Positions 17,368 to 27,180 of a stretch of DNA of 62,719 nucleotides are shown here, in pieces (position 1 is the first letter of the stretch; the number at the start of each line of letters is the position of its first letter). The DNA is from a virus (Duplodnaviria > Caudoviricetes): positions 1-62,719 of the IMG/VR virus record IMGVR_UViG_3300024187_000009. One strand, given 5' to 3'. The position numbers were made by a program, and so were the translations under genes. The notes under the pieces are model-generated. The model was not told where the DNA came from. It made no database searches and saw nothing but the letters and a program-made list of their open reading frames with translations.

Positions 17368-19031
17368 TGGAAAAGCTCCAGGGGTACGTCGAGCAGGGCG
17401 GTCACGTCGTCGTCACCAGCGGCGTGAACAGCACGACCAAGGTACAGGCCAGCTATGTCTCTGCCACGGTGAGCGTGTTCGATTCTGGCACCGTCAACCT
17501 GAGCACGATATTCTCGGACAATAGCTCGACCCCTAAGGCGAACCCCTTCACGGCTGATACTACGGGCTACTGGTTCTTCTACGCTGCCAATGGACGCTAT
17601 GATGTGACCTTCTCCGGGGGGAGTGTTCCAAGCCCGTTTTCGCTGAACGACTACCTACTGTTTGACAACGCCAATCTTGGAATCACGTCGATCAATGGAC
17701 TTACGGGATCGGCGCAGACGCTTACCGTAGGGTCTGCCGGAACCGATTTCGCCATCGTGGACTCGGTAGACGATCACCTGTTCAACCTGCCTACGGCCTC
17801 AGCCACGAATCGCGGGGCGCTCGCTTCCGCCGACTGGACCACCTTCAACGCCAAAGAGAGCCCACTGACGTTCAACTCGCCGCTCTCGCGGACGGTCAAC
17901 GCGATATCGCTAGGAACCGTCCCGATAGCATCGGGCGGTACTGGTCAGATCACCCAAACGCTGGCGTTCAACGCCTTGTCGCCACAGACCACCAAGGGCG
18001 ACATTATCGTCAATAACGGCACGAACGATATTCGGTTAGGCGTGGGAGCAGACGGAACGGCCCTGGTTGCCGATTCTGCGCAGGCTACGGGGTTGAAGTA
18101 TGCGGCGGTAGCCACGACGCCGGTTACCGTGGCAAACGGCGGAACGGGCGCTACAACGCTCACGGGGTCGGTTGTATCGAGCGGCACCTCGGCGTTCACG
18201 GCAGTAGCGGCGGCGTCTCAGCTTCAGACCTACAGGGCCAAGCCCAACCCGACCACGTTCCCGACCTACGAGTTCGGGCCGGTGCCTTACGTCGTATCGA
18301 GCGATTTCAATTTTCCTGCCCAGCAGCCGGGGGGTTCGCTGACAGGAGGAGTGGGGGCGTCTATCACCCTGACGCCCGTACCACTCGGGATCAACGGCAC
18401 CGATACGGCGCATCAGGTCTATATCTCGGCTGGCACAGGCGCAGCTGAAGCGGTCACGATCACAGGCGGGAGTGCCACTAGCGGCTCTGCCACTGGCACG
18501 CTGACCTTCGTTCCTTCCAATAGCCACTCAGGGGCATGGACGATCTCTAGCGCCACGCAGGGCATTCAGGAGGCGATCTCCTACCTGCCTTCCGGTGTCA
18601 ATGAAGTTTGGGTGCCGCAGGGCACGACTACGCTCAATGGCAACGTGAGCTATGGCGGCAAGACCAATGCCGTCATAGTGTTATGTAACGGGGTTACGCT
18701 GGCAGGCGCAGGGACGCTACCGACTACTACGGCTACCGGAAACTTCATCATTGACCGGCGCACGTCATTCGTTCCGCTTGATAAGGGAGCGAACATCACC
18801 AGCGCCAATACCATCACGCCGATCTCGAATGTGTTCCACGTGACAGCGGCGAACCTCATCAAGACGATAACCGTTCCTGCCAACTTCCGATTTGGCGTGA
18901 TCTGGATAATCGCAGACGCGGCCTTCACGACGGATTTGACAGGTAATATCTCTCGCGCGATTACTGCGACAGCGAATACGGCATATGCGTTTGTGTGGGA
19001 CGGAAATAAATGGACACCATCAGGAGCTTAA
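17367..19031 (+). CDS. Tail fibre/spike protein
   Basis: N-terminal ANPFTADTTGYWFFYAANGRYDV head-binding-like domain; PIASGGTG and VANGGTGATT fibre repeats. Confidence 0.7.
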   Translation: MEKLQGYVEQGGHVVVTSGVNSTTKVQASYVSATVSVFDSGTVNLSTIFSDNSSTPKANPFTADTTGYWFFYAANGRYDVTFSGGSVPSPFSLNDYLLFDNANLGITSINGLTGSAQTLTVGSAGTDFAIVDSVDDHLFNLPTASATNRGALASADWTTFNAKESPLTFNSPLSRTVNAISLGTVPIASGGTGQITQTLAFNALSPQTTKGDIIVNNGTNDIRLGVGADGTALVADSAQATGLKYAAVATTPVTVANGGTGATTLTGSVVSSGTSAFTAVAAASQLQTYRAKPNPTTFPTYEFGPVPYVVSSDFNFPAQQPGGSLTGGVGASITLTPVPLGINGTDTAHQVYISAGTGAAEAVTITGGSATSGSATGTLTFVPSNSHSGAWTISSATQGIQEAISYLPSGVNEVWVPQGTTTLNGNVSYGGKTNAVIVLCNGVTLAGAGTLPTTTATGNFIIDRRTSFVPLDKGANITSANTITPISNVFHVTAANLIKTITVPANFRFGVIWIIADAAFTTDLTGNISRAITATANTAYAFVWDGNKWTPSGA

Positions 19032-19055
19032 TGAAGATTGCTAGTATAACCGACC

Positions 19056-21992
19056 ATGGCTGACTTCCAAAAGGAAACGCAGTTATTCGATGTCGCGGGG
19101 CTTAATCTCACCAAGCCCGTAGATCGGCTTGCTCCCGGCGAGTATCGCATCCTCAACAATACTCGCAACTATGGCCAAGGACGCTTACAGGGACGGCAGG
19201 GAATCACTCTCATCTCAACCAGCGGCACAACGGGAAGTCCGGCGCATTCGCTCTATACGCTTGATGACCCGATCCCGTCTCCGTCGCAATTCCCTGGAGC
19301 CTTTACCGCCCGAACTCGGCTGCTAGGCTCAGGCACCACACTCCTGAGCGCCCGTGCTGCGGTCAACCCGCAAGCCTACGCCGCGACGGTCAACGGCACG
19401 GGCTACAGCGGCAGACCGATGTCCTTTGTGGCATCAGGAAGCGATCAGAACGAGCGCCCATGGGTCTTCGTCGGGGACTTTACCAAACTCAGCAAGACTT
19501 CGAGCGCCGGAATCACCTGGCAATGGGGCGTAGCGCCTCCGAACTTTGCCCCGACTATTGCCATCGATGCGGCCAATCCTGACGGCCCCGACATAGGAGA
19601 TTCGCCTAACCCCTACATCTACGCATTCAGGGCGCGCACCGATCCTCTGACGATCACGGGATGCTTCTCTAATCTCGGCCCTCCGGTAAAGTTCGTCAAC
19701 GGGTTATCGCCCTCATCTTCGGCGGGCGCTCCCGTGCCTCCCTCGAACATCCTGATAACGCTGCCCCAGGCGCACCCTGACCAGGCTCCTGCCGGGCAGG
19801 TGACCTATATCGACGTGTTCCGCTGGGGTGGTTCGCTTCCGATCTGGCTGTTCATCGGCACCATGCAGAACATCGCCGGTTCGACCATGATCGACACGTT
19901 CTCCGATGCCGATATTGCAGCGAATGAGCAGGCAAATCTCGACGATAACCAGCCGTTTATGTCCGTTGATGGCTCATTGACGGGTACGGCCACGATTACG
20001 CAAAATGGAGCGCTAGGCTCAGGTCTTGGATCGACCATGACCATTACGGCGGGCGACACCTTGCGGGCTTATAACGCCACGGGAACGGGATCGTACTACG
20101 TTCGCGGGAATCCGGTTACCATCGCAGGGCAGGTTTACACGTTCTATGCTTCACCCGATACCACTACTACCGTCCAACTGGTAGAGGACTCCCCGGTTGC
20201 TTCTTTTTCTGCCCCGTTCCTAATCCCTGCACCAGAGATGGCACGACAGGCGTTGCCGTGCGTATGGGGTCCCTTCGGAGGAGGGCTGTTCGGAATCGTT
20301 ATCTTTGCTGTAGGTGATCCAGCGAGGCCTGGGGCTCTGTACTGGACCAAGGGCAATAGTCCTGAGTCGCATCCTACGGCCAACGTGCTTGAAATCACTA
20401 GCGCCGCAGAGCCGCTGATGAACGGCATCCTGTTCAATGGGCGCTCCTACGTGCTCTCCGATAAGCGTATGTGGGAGATTATCCCCACGCTCGGGCAGTT
20501 ATCCGACTTCTCCGCTCTGGAGATACCGAACTCTAAGGGCTTGTTTGCCCGCTGGGGAATCTGCGTTACGCCTGCCGGGATCGCCTTTGTCGGCAAGGAT
20601 GGCATCTACATAACCAATGGCGGCGAGCCTGTTTCGATCACCGACGAAGGACTCTACCCGATCTTCCCGCAGGAGTCGCAGGGAGATCCTTCTGGATTCC
20701 CGATCATCGACGGGCTGACAGATGCTCCCTTTCCGTCCCCAGACTTTGACAACCCCGACAAGATGCGGCTGGCCTACGGAGATGGGTTCCTGTACTTCAC
20801 CTATCTCCATTCAGAAGGCACCTACAAGACGCTGGTGTACTGCTTCGAACAGCCCAAGAGCGGCTGGATTTCAGTAGACAGTTACACCCCCAACATAATC
20901 TGCCAGTACTTCGAGCAGGTTCACGACGAAACCGTGGGCGGGTCCTGGAATAAGATGACCATGGGGTCGCTCAACGGCAAGGTCTATGAGTTTGGCGGGG
21001 ATGACGACGACCAAGTTGCGATCTCTGGGCGCGTCCGAACCGCATCCTGGGACACCAAGGACCCACGCCCGCGCAAGTTATGGGGCGACGTTGAGATTGA
21101 CATGGATGGCGAATGCGATACGTTCAACGTACAGGTGGGGATGGACAACTATTCCTACTTCACGGCCAGCGCTACGGCAGGTACGAACCTCCACGGCAGG
21201 CACCGCGTCATCACCGATATCAACGCAGGGCTGGGGCAGTACGGCTACAACCTTGGCCTCGACATCCAGTGGACGGTGAGCACGGCCCAGCCCATCCTCT
21301 ATTTCTGGGTACCGACGTTCCTTCCCAAGCCGGAACTAACGGCGCTCAGAACGACAGATTGGCTCCCGATATCACCTGACGGAGCGCCGCGATTCGTCCA
21401 GGGCTTCCGTCTCCATGCGGATACCCTCAATCAGACGCGCACGGTAGACGTGCTCTCCGATGGCGGCGTAGTACAGCAGGCGTTCTCGATCCTGCATCCC
21501 AATGAGCAGACCATCGAGTACTGGTTTACGACGCCGTTCATCACGCACTTAGGGCGCTTACTGCCCAAGGATGCCAAGTTCTGGCGCATCTTCGACGTGG
21601 AATGGATCTCGGAGCCCGCCCCTCCACTTGCTGCGGTATGGGAAACCCAGGAGACAACTCATGACGTTCATGGATATTTCCATCATCGGGCCGCGCTTCC
21701 AGCTCTGATTAGCTTTAACGATCCGGTTAGCTTGATCTGCACGATCAATGGGGACGGTCAGTCGCCATACACTTACACAATCCCGGCAGGCAACGGCCTG
21801 TTCCTGAAGCCTTACATCGTGACGCGACCGATGAAGGGGCGCGAGATCAAGTACCGGCTGGAGTCGATCTGCCCGTTCCGCCTGTTCGTTCGTGACACGG
21901 AAATGCTGGTCAAGGAATGGGGATCGAGCGATGCGTTCCTGGTCAAAAGACCGTTCGGTGCGTTATCGCGCGAAATGGGAGCAACCATCTAA
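19056..21992 (+). CDS. Tail nozzle/stabilisation protein (tubular B / P22 gp10-like)
   Basis: 978 aa; GLNL...LAPGEY..LNN...GRLQGRQG start; beta-propeller-like core. Confidence 0.65.
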   Translation: MADFQKETQLFDVAGLNLTKPVDRLAPGEYRILNNTRNYGQGRLQGRQGITLISTSGTTGSPAHSLYTLDDPIPSPSQFPGAFTARTRLLGSGTTLLSARAAVNPQAYAATVNGTGYSGRPMSFVASGSDQNERPWVFVGDFTKLSKTSSAGITWQWGVAPPNFAPTIAIDAANPDGPDIGDSPNPYIYAFRARTDPLTITGCFSNLGPPVKFVNGLSPSSSAGAPVPPSNILITLPQAHPDQAPAGQVTYIDVFRWGGSLPIWLFIGTMQNIAGSTMIDTFSDADIAANEQANLDDNQPFMSVDGSLTGTATITQNGALGSGLGSTMTITAGDTLRAYNATGTGSYYVRGNPVTIAGQVYTFYASPDTTTTVQLVEDSPVASFSAPFLIPAPEMARQALPCVWGPFGGGLFGIVIFAVGDPARPGALYWTKGNSPESHPTANVLEITSAAEPLMNGILFNGRSYVLSDKRMWEIIPTLGQLSDFSALEIPNSKGLFARWGICVTPAGIAFVGKDGIYITNGGEPVSITDEGLYPIFPQESQGDPSGFPIIDGLTDAPFPSPDFDNPDKMRLAYGDGFLYFTYLHSEGTYKTLVYCFEQPKSGWISVDSYTPNIICQYFEQVHDETVGGSWNKMTMGSLNGKVYEFGGDDDDQVAISGRVRTASWDTKDPRPRKLWGDVEIDMDGECDTFNVQVGMDNYSYFTASATAGTNLHGRHRVITDINAGLGQYGYNLGLDIQWTVSTAQPILYFWVPTFLPKPELTALRTTDWLPISPDGAPRFVQGFRLHADTLNQTRTVDVLSDGGVVQQAFSILHPNEQTIEYWFTTPFITHLGRLLPKDAKFWRIFDVEWISEPAPPLAAVWETQETTHDVHGYFHHRAALPALISFNDPVSLICTINGDGQSPYTYTIPAGNGLFLKPYIVTRPMKGREIKYRLESICPFRLFVRDTEMLVKEWGSSDAFLVKRPFGALSREMGATI

Positions 21993-22561
21993 TGGAACGT
22001 ATCGGCATGGGAATGAGCGCTTCGATGGCCGTAGATTACCCGAAAGCGCTAGCCGCGTCGTTCCAGATCGGCGCGCATTACCGCTTCGAGTACTCGCATC
22101 CTAACGGCGATCAGTGGGTAGCGGAGGGATACAACCGCGTTCCCACGGAAGGACTAAACCACAACCTCACGGAATGGCTGAAGGGTGCAGCGTACACCGC
22201 AACGCCATTTGTTGGATTGGTCAGCAACGCCGGATTCGGGGCATACTCAGCAAGTGATACGGCCGCGCAGATCAATGGCACCAACGGATGGACGGAGTTT
22301 ACTGGCTATAGCGAAGCCGTGAGACAGACGCTTACGCTCGGCACAGCAGCAGGTGGCGTCATCAGCAACACGGCATCTAAGGCGGTCTTTAGCTTCAACG
22401 CTAATGGCTCGCTCAACGGGGCTTTTGTTGTGACGAGTTCCACCAAAGCAGGAACGGGCGGGAGCCTGTTGAGCGAGGTTACTTTTAGCGGCGGCGCGCA
22501 ATCGATCACATCGGGCGGGACTGGAACCATAACGATCACCTTTACGGCAACGAGCACATAA
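21992..22561 (+). CDS. Tail-associated structural protein
   Basis: ATG 21992; NRVPTEG...WTEFTGYSEAVRQT...GAFVV pattern. Confidence 0.6.
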   Translation: MERIGMGMSASMAVDYPKALAASFQIGAHYRFEYSHPNGDQWVAEGYNRVPTEGLNHNLTEWLKGAAYTATPFVGLVSNAGFGAYSASDTAAQINGTNGWTEFTGYSEAVRQTLTLGTAAGGVISNTASKAVFSFNANGSLNGAFVVTSSTKAGTGGSLLSEVTFSGGAQSITSGGTGTITITFTATST

Positions 22562-22562
22562 C

Positions 22563-23606
22563 ATGGCGGAAAAGGTCCTCAATAATTTCTCGACTACCGT
22601 AGCTGTAGGCGGCTATACCGCAGGCTCGGGCGTGCTCAATGTAACCGCTACGGCTGGCACGGTGAACGGCCAAATCTTCACGCTAGGGATCTACAACCAG
22701 ACCACGGGAGCCGTGATTACGCTGTTCCGAGTGGCCACGGTAGCGAGCGGCACGCAGTTCACGGGAGCCGCAGAAGGCACCGATACGAACGCAAGCGCTG
22801 GCGATATCGTCGTCGCCATCATGAGCGAGGCGGCTTTCAACGGCGTGTGCTCCGATGCCTACCTGAACACGTCTAACATCACCACTAACGATGTCAGCAT
22901 AACCAAGCACGGATTTGCGCCCAAGTCTCCGAACGATGCGACGAAGTATCTCGATGGAACGGGAGCGTACACCGTTCCTGCTGGTGGTTCGGCGCTTCCA
23001 GGCGGAAGCAATACCCAACTTCAGTACAACAATGCGGGAGCATTCGGCGGCATCACGGGGGCTACAACCAACGGGACGGCGGTGACACTTACGGCTCCAG
23101 TTCTCGGGACTCCCGCCAGTGGCACGCTCACGAACTGCACGGGCACGGCAAGCGGACTTACTTCCGGGATTACGCTGGCGCTCAAGAGTGCTACCACAAC
23201 GGTAGATGTATCGGCTGCTACGGCTCCTACGAGCGGACAAGTGCTCACAGCCACCAGCGGAACGGCTGCTACATGGCAGACCTCTTCTGGAGGATCTGAC
23301 GTAATAGGAACAGCTTCATTTAGCGGCGGGACCGGAGCGATTACCAATCTCGTAGTGAAAGGAGTTATATCCAACATCACTCGTACAAGTGCCGGTCTGT
23401 ACAACGTGGTGTTCGGAACCAATCAATCAAACTACGTAGCCTCTATCCTATGCAACAGTAACCTTACCAACGCTTTCGGGGCATACATGAACACGAACGA
23501 TACTTCCCCTCCTGCCACCGGATTTCAATTTGCTACGGTGAACTTATCGACAGTTGCAGCCATTGATTGCTTTCTGGTAATGGTTACCATCTGCAAGATT
23601 CCATAG
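22563..23606 (+). CDS. Tail fibre protein
   Basis: PGGSNTQLQYNNAGAFGG; APVLGTPASGTLTNCTG; ITRTSAGLYNVVF tip. Confidence 0.7.
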   Translation: MAEKVLNNFSTTVAVGGYTAGSGVLNVTATAGTVNGQIFTLGIYNQTTGAVITLFRVATVASGTQFTGAAEGTDTNASAGDIVVAIMSEAAFNGVCSDAYLNTSNITTNDVSITKHGFAPKSPNDATKYLDGTGAYTVPAGGSALPGGSNTQLQYNNAGAFGGITGATTNGTAVTLTAPVLGTPASGTLTNCTGTASGLTSGITLALKSATTTVDVSAATAPTSGQVLTATSGTAATWQTSSGGSDVIGTASFSGGTGAITNLVVKGVISNITRTSAGLYNVVFGTNQSNYVASILCNSNLTNAFGAYMNTNDTSPPATGFQFATVNLSTVAAIDCFLVMVTICKIP

Positions 23607-23617
23607 TAAAGTAACGT

Positions 23618-23953
23618 GTGGCCGTTCCTCGCCTATCTTCGGAACCTGGATCGCAATACGCGCAGCCCTGCCGCTTCGCTCCCGGACTAGCGTTCGTAAC
23701 AAGCGGCAGCGGTTCCATCACGGCAACCGCAGCATACTCCTATTCGTTGGGGTTAACCGCATCTCTGTCGCGGGGTTATGTCGCAGACAACGCTTTCGCT
23801 TACTCTCTGGGGATGGCGGCTTCGATGGACGGAGGTGCGCCTACGCCTCCGTCTCCCCCTGCGCCTCCGCTCACCTGCGAAGTGCCGCCCGTTCCTGGGT
23901 ACACGACGCTCTACAACTCCTACGATGAGCCTAGCGAAAGGATCGGAAGCTGA
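23618..23953 (+). CDS. Small structural protein with C-terminal YDEP motif
   Basis: Pro-rich linker, then CE...SYDEPSERIGS*. Confidence 0.5.
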   Translation: MAVPRLSSEPGSQYAQPCRFAPGLAFVTSGSGSITATAAYSYSLGLTASLSRGYVADNAFAYSLGMAASMDGGAPTPPSPPAPPLTCEVPPVPGYTTLYNSYDEPSERIGS

Positions 23954-25263
23954 TGCCGGTTATCACCAGCACGCCGGTTCAGGTCGCTCCTCCACCTGGT
24001 TCGTTCCGGCAGTTTGCTTCTGAAGTTAATCCATTCCTGTTCAAAGTAGGCACGAGTCTCTACCAGGTATTGGTTTCAGCCCAGGGGACCGGCCCAGCGC
24101 TTCTTCGTGTACTGGGTATATTCAAAAGCACCGACAACGGCAATACGTGGACAGAGATGGATTCCGCCAATTCCCCAGATCAGGGGAATCAGTCTGGGTA
24201 TGGAGTCAGTCTAATAAGCGGAGGCGTAATCACCAGCGCCTATCTGAAGACCGGGCAGACCGTCATGTTGCGCTGTGACTTTGATACCGCAACTGACAGG
24301 TGGGGGACTCCGAGTTCTGCAATCACGGTTCCCTTTACACTCACTACGTTTTGTTTTTTGCGTAGGTCGGATGGGACGCTCGTAGTGGTTGCTGGAAGCA
24401 ATGCGCATATTTACTACTTCACGTCAAGCGGAGCAGGATGGAGCGGAATCACGAACCTGCTGGGTTCTGGAGGGCAGGTATTTATCGGCGTCATCGATTC
24501 GACCGATACTATTCATCTGCTTCTGAATACTTCGGCATTTTCGCTGTCCTACCGTCAGGTATCGGCTGCGTTCGCGCTTGGCAGCGCTACCACAATCGCC
24601 ACCTCAATTCCGTTTACTGAGGGAGGTCACCCTTCGATTACTTTGTGGGGGCCTGATTCGGTTGCGATAGGCTATACCGGCAATAGCGGAGCCGACAACA
24701 AAAAAGCCATCGTCAAGATAGGCACTCCGCTTTCGGCTCCTGTTTTTACTAGATACGTTATCGCTACGGCTACGGGGCCGTTCCTGAACGAGAACTTTAC
24801 ATTCATAACTGTAGAGGTGGGCAATGCGGGCGATCTAAATTTGTTTTATGTGGACCTGGACCTAGATCAACCTATCGACCAGATCATGCAGAGCACTTTT
24901 GACGGGGCATCTACATGGTCTGCGCCGATTATTTTCTACGACGCTATCGCTGATCCACCGCCGAACGATGTCCCAGACCCGAACCATCAATTTCTGCATA
25001 CTATTGATGCCGTTCAACTTGCAGACGGCTCATGGGTTATAGCTACCACCCTAGAAACGGGGCCAGAGTCGGCGCAGTTCTGCACGGGCTTTTTCCTCAC
25101 AACTCCAGTGCCAGGGTGTCCCGAAATCTTCATAGAGCGTCAAGCACAGCCTGCCGCGCCCGCGTCAGCATTGCCTCCGGGGGTATGCGAGCCGTTCAGC
25201 CCGAACATGCCGGTTCCTACCTACGTGAGTTACGATGAGCCTTTGGAGCTTCAGGGATCATGA
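23953..25263 (+). CDS. BNR/Asp-box beta-propeller (sialidase-like) protein
   Basis: Asp-box KSTDNGNTW; C-terminal SYDEPLELQGS*. Confidence 0.65.
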   Translation: MPVITSTPVQVAPPPGSFRQFASEVNPFLFKVGTSLYQVLVSAQGTGPALLRVLGIFKSTDNGNTWTEMDSANSPDQGNQSGYGVSLISGGVITSAYLKTGQTVMLRCDFDTATDRWGTPSSAITVPFTLTTFCFLRRSDGTLVVVAGSNAHIYYFTSSGAGWSGITNLLGSGGQVFIGVIDSTDTIHLLLNTSAFSLSYRQVSAAFALGSATTIATSIPFTEGGHPSITLWGPDSVAIGYTGNSGADNKKAIVKIGTPLSAPVFTRYVIATATGPFLNENFTFITVEVGNAGDLNLFYVDLDLDQPIDQIMQSTFDGASTWSAPIIFYDAIADPPPNDVPDPNHQFLHTIDAVQLADGSWVIATTLETGPESAQFCTGFFLTTPVPGCPEIFIERQAQPAAPASALPPGVCEPFSPNMPVPTYVSYDEPLELQGS

Positions 25264-25847
25264 GCGTTACGAACCAATCGCCGCTGGCATTTCCATCGCG
25301 CGAGCGTACTAGCGCTCCGCAGCCGGGAGTTCAGATCCGCCCTGAGAATCGTATTCCCACCACGGATGATCCGGAACAGGCGAACGTAAAGAAGGCCATC
25401 CGCGATACCGTGGACTTGCTCTACCAGATCCGCGATGCGTTCACGCCGCTGGCGCTCTACACGCAGGGCGATACCACTGGCGCTCCGATCCTGGTTCCTA
25501 CGGCGGCGTCGGCGGCGGACCTGGGGACAGGCGTAGGGCTACAGGTGCAACTGAGCCGTCCTGGAACATGGATTCTTGGCGCTTCGGTCAGCCTCCAAAG
25601 CATCGGGGATACCGCGCAGACATTCACTCTCACCCTGACCGTGAACAATTCACCACAGGCGCTAACGGGGGTCGTCGTTCCCGCAGGTGACGGAACTAGC
25701 CCCATTGTCCAGAACTGGCAGGTTGTATCAATCACGGGCAACGAGTCTTGCACGCTCAAGATCGCCAAGGTTGCAGGCGGCGGAACTAGCGTAGTGATTC
25801 CGGCAAACTCAACGATGTTCGGGGCGTGGCAGGGAGGGACGCAGTGA
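25260..25847 (+). CDS. Tail tip/needle-like protein (C1q/TNF-like C-terminus)
   Basis: Short helix, then beta-sandwich PGTWILGASV. Confidence 0.45.
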   Translation: MSVTNQSPLAFPSRERTSAPQPGVQIRPENRIPTTDDPEQANVKKAIRDTVDLLYQIRDAFTPLALYTQGDTTGAPILVPTAASAADLGTGVGLQVQLSRPGTWILGASVSLQSIGDTAQTFTLTLTVNNSPQALTGVVVPAGDGTSPIVQNWQVVSITGNESCTLKIAKVAGGGTSVVIPANSTMFGAWQGGTQ

Positions 25848-26338
25848 ACCTGATCGTAGAGAGGACCAAGGATTATAACCTAATCCGCACCATCGTTACG
25901 CATCCCAAGCTCTATCCGCACCTATGCGATGATTTCTCGCCGCCTCCTGAGAAGTTTGAGCCTGTGCAGAACGACAGTTACGTGTACCTGCTGGTACGCG
26001 ACGGCGACGATCTCATGGGATTCTTCGGTCTTCAGCCGCATACGACCACGATATGGGAAGTGCATACCTGCCTCCTGCCGGGAGCGTGGGGAGATCGCGG
26101 CAAGATAGCTGCCGAGATGGGCAGGCAATGGGTTTGGGATAATCTTCCCTGCATCCGTCTGATAACAAACGTTCCGACTTATAACCGACTTGCCATGCGT
26201 TTCGCTAAGGCCGCTGGAATGATGGAGTTTGGCACAAATCCTGATAGCTACGTTAGAGGTGGAAAGGTGTATCCTATGGTCATGCTTGGCGTTAGCAGAC
26301 CGGGCATTGACGCTCATCGAGGTGAAGCATGCCCATAG
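25844..26338 (+). CDS. GNAT-fold acetyltransferase-like virion assembly protein
   Basis: WEVHTCLLPGAWG...RLITNVPTYNRLAMRFAKAAGM.EFG; lies before the ejection genes as in podoviruses. Confidence 0.8.
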   Translation: MNLIVERTKDYNLIRTIVTHPKLYPHLCDDFSPPPEKFEPVQNDSYVYLLVRDGDDLMGFFGLQPHTTTIWEVHTCLLPGAWGDRGKIAAEMGRQWVWDNLPCIRLITNVPTYNRLAMRFAKAAGMMEFGTNPDSYVRGGKVYPMVMLGVSRPGIDAHRGEACP

Positions 26339-27180
26339 CAGCGGCCCTTCCTGCCATCATTCCTGCGGTAGGCGGGATGCTCGGTGGCTTGTTTGGTGGG
26401 GGCAATAAGACCATCAACGGCACCACGGGCGCTGAAACTACCGGCCAGAACATACTGAACAACTTGGGCCAACAGCAAATGAGCGCCCTTGGTAACGGCT
26501 TGGATTACGCCAAGCAACTTTCCGCCTTTGGTTCTGGATTCCTCGGGAACGCTGGAGATGAGTACAACAAAGCCAACACGTTCCTGAACTCGGCCAGTAA
26601 CACTTTCAACCCTGCCGCCGACTACTACAACGCGATCCTTTCTGGAAACAAGGCGCAGATGATGGGGGCAATGGCTCCCGAGATCACGCAGATCAATAAC
26701 GCCGGGAACGCTGCCAAGAACCAGCTTGCCACTATGGGGCCGATGGGCGGTGGCCGCGCATCAGCCTTGGCGCAACTACCCATGCAGACCGCAGGGCAGA
26801 TCGGCACGATGTTCCAGCAGGCGCGACCAGCGGCAGCGCAGGGCATGATTAACGTGGGCAACGCCCGTGCTGGATTAGCGGGGCTCACCGGCCAGATGGC
26901 AGGACAGCAAGGACAGATTGGCGCAGGGCTCGCCTCGAATGTCCTGGGCGGCTTGCTAAATACGGGCAACCAGGCAGGCACGACTGGCAACGACCTATTG
27001 CGCTACGGACTCGGGCGCTCACAGTTGAACTCGCAGGCTGGAGGACAGTTCGGCGGCGGGATCTATGACATCCTGAATAGCATTGGCAGGACTGGAGTAT
27101 TTGGAGGCCCGCGCAGTACTCCTAGCTTTGGTCCTTATGCTCCGCAAGCCCCCTACGAAGGAAGCGACACAGGCGACTAA
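26329..27180 (+). CDS. DNA ejection/pilot protein
   Basis: Hydrophobic AIIPAVGGMLGGLFGG N-terminus; G/A/Q-rich. Confidence 0.7.
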   Translation: MPIAAALPAIIPAVGGMLGGLFGGGNKTINGTTGAETTGQNILNNLGQQQMSALGNGLDYAKQLSAFGSGFLGNAGDEYNKANTFLNSASNTFNPAADYYNAILSGNKAQMMGAMAPEITQINNAGNAAKNQLATMGPMGGGRASALAQLPMQTAGQIGTMFQQARPAAAQGMINVGNARAGLAGLTGQMAGQQGQIGAGLASNVLGGLLNTGNQAGTTGNDLLRYGLGRSQLNSQAGGQFGGGIYDILNSIGRTGVFGGPRSTPSFGPYAPQAPYEGSDTGD

